Below are positions 9,685 through 19,471 of a DNA stretch of 64,000 nucleotides, one piece after another. Below the pieces are notes generated by a model. It made no database searches. It had not been told where the DNA came from and saw only the letters and a program-made list of their open reading frames with translations. Source of the DNA: Thermofilaceae archaeon (GTDB taxonomy: Archaea > Thermoproteota > Thermoprotei > Thermofilales > Thermofilaceae); assembly GCA_038861545.1 (NCBI GenBank), contig JAWCCZ010000001.1, forward strand, positions 256,001-320,000, given 5' to 3'. Within the stretch, counting starts at the first letter, position 1. Every line of letters starts with the position of its first letter. The translations under genes and the position numbers were made by a program.

Positions 9685-10854
9685 ATGGAAAATAGTGGGA
9701 AAAGGATTGGGATGCGTAATGTTTATGCACTTGGAATCGTCAGTTTATTTACTGATATCTCGACAGAAATGGTTATGGGTTATATTCCAGTTTTTGCTGT
9801 ACAAGAGCTCGGTGCTACTAGAGCTTTCTTAGGTTTAATAGAAGGTGTTGGGGAGTTCGTCAACTACTTTTTCCGAATGATCAGCGGCTTTATCTCAGAC
9901 AAGCTAGGTAGAAGGAAACCCTTGGTGTTCGCCGGCTATACGCTGTCGACATTCTCTAAGCCGATGTTCGCCTTAGCTACATCTCCGCTTGACATACTGG
10001 CTGTGCGGGCAGCGGATAGGACGGGCAAAGGAATCCGCACTTCACCGCGGGATGCGCTTATCAGCCAGTCCGTAGGAGAACGTAGTGTGGGTAGAGCTTT
10101 TGGGCTTCATCGCACTTTGGATCAATCAGGAGCTATTCTGGGTCCCCTGTTAGCTACATTGCTTCTGCCATTTCTCGGGGCTAGGAACCTGTTTATAGTT
10201 TCTTTTATACCGGCAACAATTGCGCTCCTGGTTCTCTGGTTTTTTGTCATTGACGTAAAGACTGAGTTTAAGAGAGGAGTTTTGTTGAAGGGAGCACGTA
10301 ATCTTCTTAAAGGAAACTTTCTCCTGCTGCTTTTATCAATCGCTATCCTCGGCTTCGGCTACTATAATTTTTCATTCATTCTAGTTCGCTCTACAGAGCT
10401 CGGCGTAGCCGGATACCTTGTTCCACTAGTCTACCTAGCCCTAAATGTTTTTCACACAGCAATAGGCTACCCAGTGGGTTATATTTCGGACAAGGTAGGA
10501 CGAGAACCACTCCTAGGAATTAGCCTTATTTTATTTTCCACTTCCTCGCTAGCAATGGCATTTCTTGATAATTATTTCACCGTAATAGCGCTCGTTATAT
10601 TTTATGGTCTTTTCTTTGGCATGTATGAAACACTTTCCCGTGCCATCATCCCGCGCTACACGCCAAATGAACTAAGGGGTACCGCTTACGGCCTTTTCTA
10701 CCTGACTAGTGGCATAACCTCACTAATAGGTATGGCTATCGTCGGCTACCTGTGGGACTCTCAGGGTAGAAGTACAGCATTTACTTACAGTGCTTTTCTT
10801 GGACTAGTAAGCGCCCTAATCGTAGCTCTTCTCTCAGCTAGAGTTAAAAAGTAG
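9685..10854 (+). CDS. MFS transporter
   Basis: SDKLGRRKP and DRTGKGIRTSPRDALI motifs; about 12 TM; ATG 9685 follows a TATA-like box. Confidence 0.93.
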   Translation: MENSGKRIGMRNVYALGIVSLFTDISTEMVMGYIPVFAVQELGATRAFLGLIEGVGEFVNYFFRMISGFISDKLGRRKPLVFAGYTLSTFSKPMFALATSPLDILAVRAADRTGKGIRTSPRDALISQSVGERSVGRAFGLHRTLDQSGAILGPLLATLLLPFLGARNLFIVSFIPATIALLVLWFFVIDVKTEFKRGVLLKGARNLLKGNFLLLLLSIAILGFGYYNFSFILVRSTELGVAGYLVPLVYLALNVFHTAIGYPVGYISDKVGREPLLGISLILFSTSSLAMAFLDNYFTVIALVIFYGLFFGMYETLSRAIIPRYTPNELRGTAYGLFYLTSGITSLIGMAIVGYLWDSQGRSTAFTYSAFLGLVSALIVALLSARVKK

Positions 10855-10873
10855 ATGATTGTCCGGCCTACTA

Positions 10874-11407
10874 CTATTCCAGTTCAAGCATTTTTAGACT
10901 AGTTTTGATAACCCTTATGTGTTCGACAAGTTTCTTGCCTAGCAGCCTACAAGCCTTCAGCGAGTTTTCATCCGGTTCCCCTATTGCTATTGCACCGTAA
11001 TGAAGAGTGACTCCGTGGGCTACATAGTCAGGTACCCCAAAGGTCATCATACCGAAGTTCAGAATCGCTGAAATAATAGACCATAACGCCATTTCATTAC
11101 CCCCACTTAATCCTCCCGACGAGGTGAAGGCTACAGCTACCTTGTAACGGAGTTTACCCCAGTACTTGATTAGCTGCTTATTGAAAAAGTAATTCATTTT
11201 ATAGCTCATAGTACCACAATGAGTTGGGGAACCGAAAGCATAACCATCATAGATGGGAACTTCATCTATATTCACTTCATCTACTTTAACTACCTTCACT
11301 TCTGCACCCTCTTCGACGGCCCCCTCCGCGACTGCCTTAGCCATTCTTTCCACATTGCCAGTCCAACTATCGTAAACTACCAGAACCTTAATCTTTTCTC
11401 CATTCAT
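10874..11407 (-). CDS. WrbA-like flavodoxin / NAD(P)H:quinone oxidoreductase
   Basis: YDSWTGNVERMA, FGSPTHCG, AFTSSGGLSGGNE. Confidence 0.9.
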   Translation of the reverse strand: MNGEKIKVLVVYDSWTGNVERMAKAVAEGAVEEGAEVKVVKVDEVNIDEVPIYDGYAFGSPTHCGTMSYKMNYFFNKQLIKYWGKLRYKVAVAFTSSGGLSGGNEMALWSIISAILNFGMMTFGVPDYVAHGVTLHYGAIAIGEPDENSLKACRLLGKKLVEHIRVIKTSLKMLELE

Positions 11408-11510
11408 AAGAGCCCTAACTTATACAGTATTAAAAGGAAAACCCGGACAATCAATATAATCTGAAGAGTCACATGTAAATTTATAGCCCTACTCTACATC
11501 CAGCATCTTA

Positions 11511-12686
11511 TTAACGGATTACCAACTCGCTATTTAATGTCTTAAGGTTTAATGATTGAAGTGTCTTCCCGCCTAGCCTGCGCACGAAAGCTAATAAATC
11601 CTGGTATGCAATAATCTTGGATTTCTGCCTGAGGTTTGGAGGGCCGGGGCGCTTCATATAGAAAGCATTAATTTCAGGCACGGTTCCATAGATTCCGGAT
11701 TTCAGCGAAACGTAGGCTAGCCTTGCAAGGTCTACCATGTAGCCAGCGAGCGCTGGGCTATCATTAATCCTCATATTAACTGTCAACTCGTCCGTGAAAC
11801 CGCCAAAGGTAATCCATTGGACGTGCATAGCGACGAATTTCTTGTCTCCCAGCGGCTCGAGGTAACCAGTTGGCTTGATAAAATGAGGCGGGTCATAGCC
11901 AAGTACATCATCGAAAAAACTGCTTTTAGTTTCCTCTTTAGCCTTGTTCCTATCCGGTTCTATAAGGGATAGGAAATCACTATTTCCTCCAATGTTGAAC
12001 TGTGCAACTGATAGCACTTTGCGACCTCTTTCCGCTAAATGTTCTACAACGTCGATCGTTAAAGGCGTCGCACCTGTAGCACCATCGTCACCCAGCACTA
12101 GTGATTCAGATTTAAGCGCTTTATCGACGAAAGCTGGACTACACGCCACATGCGCAGGCTGTAGGTTCACATGGGCTACACCACCTTGCTTCAAAGTCAG
12201 ATAAGCGTAGACTTGGGGATGGGGTAGCAGGCCCTTCAGTGCGGCTTCCTCAACTTCGTCCCAAATGTAAAGTGGGCTTGTTCGTGCTGTAGTGGTGACA
12301 TCTATTACCACATCGGGTTTAGCATCGTCAAGGAATTCCTCAAACTTTGTCAATGCTTCCTCAAGAGAATACCCCTCATCTAGCGCTCTCGTTTTAACAT
12401 GGGAGGGGGTGCTATTCAGCTTTAAACCGGGAGCTACTGTAACACTTTTTAACTCAGGCTCAGGCTTAAGACCATATCTCTCAACTACCTCGTATAGGCT
12501 CCTCCCTACTTTTCCGGCGTCAACATCCACACTGGCTACAACCTCTAATTCTTCAATAGGTATACCGAAGTCAACTTTTGCTAAGGGAATCCCCCATGGC
12601 TCCATTAACCCCTTCTTCAATCTAGCTAAACCCCAAGCGAAAACCGAAGCCGCGTATCCCTGCCCCAGTAGTAAGACCCGTACCAT
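11511..12686 (-). CDS. ino1: myo-inositol-1-phosphate synthase
   Basis: LGQGYAAS Rossmann motif, GDDGATGATP, QFNIGGNSDF, RINDSPALAG. Confidence 0.93.
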   Translation of the reverse strand: MVRVLLLGQGYAASVFAWGLARLKKGLMEPWGIPLAKVDFGIPIEELEVVASVDVDAGKVGRSLYEVVERYGLKPEPELKSVTVAPGLKLNSTPSHVKTRALDEGYSLEEALTKFEEFLDDAKPDVVIDVTTTARTSPLYIWDEVEEAALKGLLPHPQVYAYLTLKQGGVAHVNLQPAHVACSPAFVDKALKSESLVLGDDGATGATPLTIDVVEHLAERGRKVLSVAQFNIGGNSDFLSLIEPDRNKAKEETKSSFFDDVLGYDPPHFIKPTGYLEPLGDKKFVAMHVQWITFGGFTDELTVNMRINDSPALAGYMVDLARLAYVSLKSGIYGTVPEINAFYMKRPGPPNLRQKSKIIAYQDLLAFVRRLGGKTLQSLNLKTLNSELVIR

Positions 12687-12689
12687 GGT

Positions 12690-12724
12690 TATCTAATGAG
12701 TATTAGATATCTTATAATTATAAG
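12690..12724. promoter_or_regulatory. ino1 promoter with palindromic operator
   Basis: TATCTAAT-GAGT-ATTAGATA (12690-12709) and CTTATAATTATAAG (12711-12724, TATA-containing palindrome). Confidence 0.6.
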
Positions 12725-12806
12725 CTTTTCCCCGGATGAATCCTATACAGGCAAAGAGGTAAAGCTAACAGGAGAAGAAAGGGCTGACTTGGAGCGATGA
12801 CGTGCG

Positions 12807-13139
12807 TTAGCGAGTAAGCAAAGTCATTTTCTCTAACCTGGTGACCAGCTCCTTCAGATGCGCTATACCATCGGCCAATAGATTTTTACCTTTATCTGTC
12901 AGCCTGTAGTATCTCCTACGTTCACTCCAGTAGCTTTCAACAAAACCCTCGTTTTCCAGTTTGTTTAAGACGACGTAAGGCAACACTTTCCCGGGGTTAA
13001 ACCCGAAGTCATCCTCAATGGCTTTAGCCACCTCGTAGGGGTAGCTATCGTTCCTGCTGAGTTCAGCGAGTACATATAACCATAGGTTCTCAACTCCGGT
13101 TTTTCTCTTTAGCCTACCTAATGGTTTGGGATCGCTCAC
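12807..13139 (-). CDS. PadR family transcriptional regulator
   Basis: YVVLNKLENEGFV and RRYYRLTDKG wHTH; start set at GTG 13139 (ORF extends to 13178). Confidence 0.9.
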   Translation of the reverse strand: MSDPKPLGRLKRKTGVENLWLYVLAELSRNDSYPYEVAKAIEDDFGFNPGKVLPYVVLNKLENEGFVESYWSERRRYYRLTDKGKNLLADGIAHLKELVTRLEKMTLLTR

Positions 13140-13208
13140 ATTTACAGGTGAAATCACGCTGCAAAAAAGATAGCGCACAGATAAATAGTACCTGTAATTC
13201 GTTTCAAT

Positions 13209-13997
13209 GTGAAACTTGCTATTCAGGAAAATCTTCTTAAGGGGGATAGCTTGGCCGAACGCCTAGCATTAGCCGAGAGACTGGGTTTTGAAGGCGTAGA
13301 GTTCTGGGGATCCGGTCTGCGAGAAAAGTTAGCCGAGGTTAAGCAAATTCTCTCCACAACTAAGGTTAAAGCTTCCACCGTCTGTTCAGGATACAGGGGA
13401 GATCTCCTTTCAGCAAGCAAGGAGGAAAGACTGCTTGCAATGCATGACATCGAGGTGTTGCTAGAGATCGCTGCCGAACTTGATGCGGTAGGGCTTATCG
13501 TTGTACCCACGTTCAGTGGGCCAAAGTTGCCAGATCTTAGCCCATTGTATCCGGATGTGTGGCATCTTGAGCGGGAGTTACTTATACATGTGCTCAAAAA
13601 CCTAGCTCGAAAAGCTGAGGATACCGGTGCAAGTATATTAATAGAACCTCTAAATAGATATGAAACCCACTTCCTAAATAGGCTTGATCAGGCTATAAAG
13701 ATCGCAGAAGAAGTTGGATCGCCGGGCGTTGCCGTTATGGCTGACTTTTTCCACATGAACATTGAGGAAGCAAATATTGCAGGGTCTCTGAGGAGTGCGC
13801 TGAAGCATTTGAGGCATATTCACTTAGCGGACAGCAATCGCTGGCTACCCGGTTTCGGGCACTCAGATTTCCGAGAACCTTTTAAGGTCTTAAGGGAAGG
13901 AGGGTACAGGTACTACATGGCGATGGAGTGTCACGTACCGGAGCCAAAGGAGGAAAGTTTAGCTAAAAGCGTGAAATACCTTAGATCCCTAATTTAA
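13209..13997 (+). CDS. Sugar phosphate isomerase/epimerase (xylose isomerase-like TIM barrel)
   Basis: IEPLNRYE, DFFHMNIEE, HIHLADSNR and PGFGH metal-binding motifs. Confidence 0.92.
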   Translation: MKLAIQENLLKGDSLAERLALAERLGFEGVEFWGSGLREKLAEVKQILSTTKVKASTVCSGYRGDLLSASKEERLLAMHDIEVLLEIAAELDAVGLIVVPTFSGPKLPDLSPLYPDVWHLERELLIHVLKNLARKAEDTGASILIEPLNRYETHFLNRLDQAIKIAEEVGSPGVAVMADFFHMNIEEANIAGSLRSALKHLRHIHLADSNRWLPGFGHSDFREPFKVLREGGYRYYMAMECHVPEPKEESLAKSVKYLRSLI

Positions 13998-14059
13998 TAC
14001 AGTTTAGTTTGTAAACAGTAAATTTTATATTTCTTTTTAAACTTTCAAGCAGGGGCATA

Positions 14060-15253
14060 GTGATCAAATGTTGGAAACTTGCTGTAGCTTTTCTACTATT
14101 TGCAGCATTATCCTACATAGTGTTTACCGCCATACTGCGTGTTTTCTTGTTATCCTTTTCAAAGGAACCCGAAATTCCGCCTCAAGAAGGGATTCAAACC
14201 CCAAGAGCTGGAGACGCTATTGCTATAATGATGGAGTATGGAGCGAATTGTTTTCGTCTTAGGTTGTTTGTCGACCCTAATCCGCGTGATGAGTGGGGCG
14301 GGTTTACCGGTAATAACCTGGAGTATACAGTGAGGTTAGCTAAGAGGATTAAAGCTGCTGAAGCGAAGCTAGTACTCGACCCGCATTACTCGGATACCTG
14401 GGCGGACCCGGGGAAGCAATACACTCCCAAGTCATGGCTGAATTTAGGTTTTGAACAGCTTGTCGATAAGGTTTACGAGTACACGCACGATACCATTACT
14501 GCTTTTAATGATGAGGGAGCTTTACCCGACATGGTGCAGATAGGCAATGAGATAACCTGTGGGTTTTTATGGCCTGAAGGTAAGGTATGTGATGTTGAAA
14601 ACCCTCAAGAGCAGTGGAGTAAGTTTGCCACTCTGCTTAAAGCCGCTATAAAAGGCGTAAAAGACGCTCCTGGAGGGGGTAACATTCAGGTAATTCTACA
14701 TATTCACCCTGGAGGTAGCTGGGAAACTACCGATTGGTTTTTTTCGAACTTGGAGGATCAAGGTGTGCCATACAACATTATCGGTTTAAGTTACTATCCG
14801 ATTTGGCATGGTTCATTAACAGATCTCAAAAAAAATCTTGTGAATACGGCTAATAAATTCAACAAAGAGATTTTCATTGTCGAAACTGGGTACCCCTATC
14901 AACAAATCAACTTTGGTCAGCTAGAAGAAACCGGTTCTCGATACATGACTTGGCCGCGGACGCCCGAAGGGCAGGCCCAGTTCATCACAGATGTTATACA
15001 AGCAGTATATGAAACACCCAATCGAAAAGGCATGGGTGTTCTTTGGTGGTACCCGGAGGCGATTCCAGTTAAAGAGTTAACCGTGTTAAACGCTACAGCG
15101 CTTTTTGATGAAAAAGGCCGAGCTTTACCGGCTTTAAAGGTTTTCAAAGAATTCCGTAAAAGATTGAGTTCGGAGTTCCTGCTTGGTGGCGATATATCTG
15201 CCCTGGGCGAAATCGAAAGATTGGGTGGAGTTTACTTGAGCGGAAGTGGGTAG
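14060..15253 (+). CDS. Membrane-anchored GH53 endo-1,4-beta-galactanase, apparently circularly permuted
   Basis: FRLRLFVDP, HYSDTWADPGKQ, QIGNEI (acid/base), IVETGYP (nucleophile); N-terminal TM; GGDIS segment at the C-terminus. Confidence 0.93.
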   Translation: MIKCWKLAVAFLLFAALSYIVFTAILRVFLLSFSKEPEIPPQEGIQTPRAGDAIAIMMEYGANCFRLRLFVDPNPRDEWGGFTGNNLEYTVRLAKRIKAAEAKLVLDPHYSDTWADPGKQYTPKSWLNLGFEQLVDKVYEYTHDTITAFNDEGALPDMVQIGNEITCGFLWPEGKVCDVENPQEQWSKFATLLKAAIKGVKDAPGGGNIQVILHIHPGGSWETTDWFFSNLEDQGVPYNIIGLSYYPIWHGSLTDLKKNLVNTANKFNKEIFIVETGYPYQQINFGQLEETGSRYMTWPRTPEGQAQFITDVIQAVYETPNRKGMGVLWWYPEAIPVKELTVLNATALFDEKGRALPALKVFKEFRKRLSSEFLLGGDISALGEIERLGGVYLSGSG

Positions 15254-15639
15254 CTTTTTTAGAAGAGGTACTCCGAGTCCTCCTTTATAGATCTAATAGC
15301 ATTTAGAACTGGCACTCGAACAAACCATCCGCATCTCCATGTACAGCTCCTCAAGTACCTGTACTTCACTATGCATAGTTAGCTCGCTAGTTAAGCGCCG
15401 CCTTACGTTTGAGAAGGTTGCAACTCAAAGGTAAACCTACTCGCCGCGCCTTTCAGCAGTCTAAGCTCACTTCTACTCAGGAAAGGCTCAGCAGCATATA
15501 GACTCCAACTCGCGACTCGATTACGCTGACGAGCTAGCCTCTAAAGGGAAAACTCTATCTGCTATAGACGCCGGCTCAGAATTCGGGACAAGGTATTATG
15601 ATATTTTCATATCCCAAGTATCCCAGGTATTACAGTTAT

Positions 15640-16070
15640 GTTCACATCGCTTGTAAAGAATGTATCGAGGATATTGCGAGAGCTTAGAAAGCTAAAGTTG
15701 AACTAAGCTGCAGAACTTAGGCCGAGCTTCTAGAAAAGCCAGTCAGGTCTAGAGGGAGTAGAAGATAAGGTGAGAAAAGCACGGAAAGGTTTCTGAAGTT
15801 AAGAGAGGGGTAACAGCTAAGTGGAGCGGAAAGACTGTACTAGAGGAGTTAGCCAGGCTGCATGAAGCTGAGAGCTCTGACTCTCGCCGCTAAAATCCTT
15901 TGTAACTGTTTTGAAAACTGACGAAAGGTATAATGACAGGCGCGCCGGGGCCTCTGCAAGCTTTCAGGAAGTACATGTATGATCAGCAAAGCCGTACCAT
16001 TTACCTCGCAAGCCGGTGCAGGTAGCACCATTATTATGCCACCAGTCAAGCTGATCAAGGAGGGTTAACT
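15640..16070 (+). pseudogene. Possible decayed antitoxin / PIN-toxin (VapBC-like) remnant
   Basis: Broken frames read ...WSGKTVLEELARLHEAES overlapping MKLRALTL..., later IYLAS; many stops and frameshifts. Confidence 0.3.
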
Positions 16071-16312
16071 TTCTATTACTGTCGTGCATTTCATAGATTC
16101 GCTACGCGATGGTTGGCGACCCGAAGTGGGCGGATAGCTCTCCCAGACGTACTACCCATAAAGGGTATACGTACATGCAGGAAGAATTCTTTCCACCTAA
16201 TGACACCACTGTTTTTCACCGGTTCTACAACGTTTTCTACTACTGTGGTGAGCGCAGACGCTAGGAAAGTACACCGTGACAGTAATATAGATGGGTTTAC
16301 ATTATTGATCTT

Positions 16313-17116
16313 GTGAACTCCGGCAAAAGGGTTAGGTTAGCTAGAATTTTTAGGAGAGGTAGAGCATTGATCCTAGCGATAGACCATGGTTTGAAGGTGG
16401 GTCCACTTAGGGGGATTGAAAACCCAAGGAAGGTAGCTGAATTAGCAGTTGCAGAGGAAGTAGACGCGATAATGGCAACTCCTCCTATTATCGAATATAT
16501 ATCGGACTTTCTATCAGACCTCTATGCTATCGCACGGGTCGACGGCGGAGCGACGTCAATAGGTCCCAATATCACCAATGATATCACTTTATTTACAATT
16601 GAGGAGGCTATCAATGTAGGGGCAGATGCGGTTGTCGCTTTTGGTTACATGGGTATAGAAAAGGAGAGTGTGCAAATTAAGAAACTTTCGCAGGTAGCTA
16701 GCGAATGCAAAAGATTAGGTATACCTCTAATCGCTGAGATGCTACCAGTAGACCTAGTTAAACACCATTTCTCAGGAGGAGATCGTAACTTGAACCCGGA
16801 GAGCATAGCACTGGCTGCTCGAGTTGGATGGGAAGTAGGTGCCGATGCTGTAAAAACATACTACACAGGCGACCCTGAAACTTTTAAACGGGTTGTCAAT
16901 TCATGCCCGATACCGATACTAGTATTGGGAGGGCCTCCAGTTGAGGATTTCGTTGCTTTTCTGGAACAGATCGAAAGTGCCCTTAAAACTGGTGCACAAG
17001 GGGTAATTGTAGGTCGGAATATTTGGCAACATCCGACTCCCAGGCAAGCCCTCAAAGCTCTCAGTAAAGTTGTACACGAGGGTTGCATCGCCAAGGAGGC
17101 TGTAGGGAAAGCATAA
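16313..17116 (+). CDS. DhnA-type class I aldolase (FBP aldolase / ADH synthase family)
   Basis: AIDHG, GADAVKTYY Schiff-base Lys, IVGRNIWQ. Confidence 0.9.
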   Translation: MNSGKRVRLARIFRRGRALILAIDHGLKVGPLRGIENPRKVAELAVAEEVDAIMATPPIIEYISDFLSDLYAIARVDGGATSIGPNITNDITLFTIEEAINVGADAVVAFGYMGIEKESVQIKKLSQVASECKRLGIPLIAEMLPVDLVKHHFSGGDRNLNPESIALAARVGWEVGADAVKTYYTGDPETFKRVVNSCPIPILVLGGPPVEDFVAFLEQIESALKTGAQGVIVGRNIWQHPTPRQALKALSKVVHEGCIAKEAVGKA

Positions 17117-17269
17117 AATACTTTTCCCTATGCAAGGTTGCCATTATTCAATGCAGTACTAATTGATTGCCTAGGGCAAAAGCATTTTTAGTAATTGATC
17201 TACCTCATAATACACTTATATCAACGCTATTCTTAAAGTTGAGCTAGGGTTTGGTCTTAGCGATACGCT

Positions 17270-19414
17270 ATGGTCTTATCGAAAGAGTTCGTTAGCAAAC
17301 TTCTCGATTTACAAAGACCTGAAGAGCTAATGCTTCCGATAGAACCCAGAGTAGATCATGCTGATCACATGGTAAAAACCGCTTTACTTGGCTGGAGTGA
17401 GCTGGCCGCTGATCATATATTACATTTCGAGGTTAGTGACAAGCTTCCTGCGCTGATATCTTCTCTAGTTAGGAAGTCAGAGATCTTACTCAGGACGCAC
17501 ACCATAGCAGATGCTCAGGAGGAGGTCCTTAGGGATCGTGTTGCCTGTAGGGTCAGAATCTATGACATGTTAATTGAAACAGCATTAAACTTAGCTGGCT
17601 GTGAGTCTGATTGGGCTTACCTTGAACCTTTATTTGTTGACAAAGCTTTGAGCAACATAGTAGGTGCATTTAAGGAATGGGAAAAGCTCGAGGAGCGTGA
17701 ATTAGGAGGAATCTTTGTTTTAGAGACAGTAGTTGAACGCAAGCTTAGAAAGATGGAGAAAGTGAACAAGGGTAATAGCCTCGTTGCAGCTATAGCTAAG
17801 CTGGTGCGTGAGCGATTAGAGCCAGGCAATTTAGCAGCAAGCTTTATAGAGTCCATGGCTGAGTGCATTCGAGGTAGCTTTTATCGACGTGCATACGAGC
17901 AAGGTTTATGCAAGTTTGGCAACGACTATGCATTAGGCCTCCGTTTCCTTAGACATCTCGGTTTCGTTCAAGTGTCGACAAACCCATTGCTTGCTGCACG
18001 TGCTTACGACGATGAACCTGAGCTTTGGCGAGGTTTCGAGGAGTATACTCGTAGAGTACTAGTTGTAGAACATCCAGAATGGTTTAATGATCCAGAAAAC
18101 CACTTGGATGAGTTAGCGATGGAGGCGACTAGATATGCTCTAATGGATAACTTTTACGTGTTCCGAGTCCCCTTTATACTCTCAGGTTATCATGACGGGT
18201 TAGTCAGCTATCAGCTGAATCCGTTGATAGCTCACGACGCTGAAAGAAGCGTTGAAGCCGTAAAGGTCTTTGCTAACCGCCTTGAAAGGGATTTGAAGGT
18301 GTACGACGAGTATCTATGGTGGGGATATAACGTATCTGAAAAAGGTAGACCCAACCTGGTAGTAAAGGTAGCAGCTGCTTATCCCGCGGCAATAGAAATA
18401 GTAGAAAAAATTAACGAAATGGGTATAGGGCAGAACATTACTCTAAGCTACACGGTTAGTCAAGAGGTGCTTTTAGGTGTCTCGGCGCTAAAGGGGATGG
18501 GCAAGGCCATTAGTAAAGGCCTGTTACCCACTCAGACTTATAACACCAATATGTCCGGCAGGCTGGAAGATCACCTTAGGGAAGTTGCAGCAACCGACTT
18601 GCTACTGAAAGGGCTAGCTCAACTAAGTTGGGAGGAGCGCTGGGCTATACTTGACGAACTTGCTTCAAAACTGGGGGTAAAGCCTGAGGAGTGGAGTAAT
18701 GCGAAAAGCCAGGGTATAAAAACCGCCGTCGAATTTCTATGCAGCACTAGAGTGCTGGGCAGAAACATGACAGACGCTCGATTTCTCCAAGCACTCGCAA
18801 AAACTAATGTTTTTGCGTCAGAAGAAAATATGGTAAGACAGGTCTCAGAGTTAGAAGAAGCGATTAAATTGTCGGGAACTCTTATAGCAAAGCGGGTTTA
18901 CGAGATCTTTTTTGCTCCATGGAATCGAAGTAGATGGATAGAGTACCTTGTTAAGGAAGTAGGCATTGATGAAGAGGATGCAGAGATAGTCTTAGATAGA
19001 CTGGATCTCCTGCCAGCTTCAAAAAGGAAACCGGCTGATACGCTACTCACCTTTTCCTCAAGAAATGTAACCAATACCGAGTTCCCTGATCATCAGTTAA
19101 ACGTTGAAAGAGTTGCTAAGGATATTCGGTTTGATGATATTTGTGAATCTATATTGAAACCGGTAGAGGAAAGGCACATCGGTTTACTGCGTAAAATTCC
19201 GGATTTCGTGAGGGCTTATGAGGCTTCGCCCGAAGTTAATGAATTGCTACACAAAGTTGGCATAAAAGGTGATTATGGTAGCAATGGTATAAGTCCTGCT
19301 GATTGGCCATCATACGGTCCCTGCTTGAAGACCCTGAATGAATTCACCTACGCCTATACATCGTTTAGGTGGAGAGTGGCCCAGTTAGCTAAAAGTATAG
19401 GTAAGAGTGGCTGA
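17270..19414 (+). CDS. Very long transaldolase-family protein
   Basis: GNDYA, VSTNP, NLVVKVAA (Schiff-base Lys), NITLSYTVSQ, SGRLEDH; about 210-aa N-terminal extension. Confidence 0.8.
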   Translation: MVLSKEFVSKLLDLQRPEELMLPIEPRVDHADHMVKTALLGWSELAADHILHFEVSDKLPALISSLVRKSEILLRTHTIADAQEEVLRDRVACRVRIYDMLIETALNLAGCESDWAYLEPLFVDKALSNIVGAFKEWEKLEERELGGIFVLETVVERKLRKMEKVNKGNSLVAAIAKLVRERLEPGNLAASFIESMAECIRGSFYRRAYEQGLCKFGNDYALGLRFLRHLGFVQVSTNPLLAARAYDDEPELWRGFEEYTRRVLVVEHPEWFNDPENHLDELAMEATRYALMDNFYVFRVPFILSGYHDGLVSYQLNPLIAHDAERSVEAVKVFANRLERDLKVYDEYLWWGYNVSEKGRPNLVVKVAAAYPAAIEIVEKINEMGIGQNITLSYTVSQEVLLGVSALKGMGKAISKGLLPTQTYNTNMSGRLEDHLREVAATDLLLKGLAQLSWEERWAILDELASKLGVKPEEWSNAKSQGIKTAVEFLCSTRVLGRNMTDARFLQALAKTNVFASEENMVRQVSELEEAIKLSGTLIAKRVYEIFFAPWNRSRWIEYLVKEVGIDEEDAEIVLDRLDLLPASKRKPADTLLTFSSRNVTNTEFPDHQLNVERVAKDIRFDDICESILKPVEERHIGLLRKIPDFVRAYEASPEVNELLHKVGIKGDYGSNGISPADWPSYGPCLKTLNEFTYAYTSFRWRVAQLAKSIGKSG

Positions 19415-19471
19415 TGCAGTACTCAGGACTGGGTAGCAAGGTATAACTGTCACGTTTTCCCTGTGAATGAT

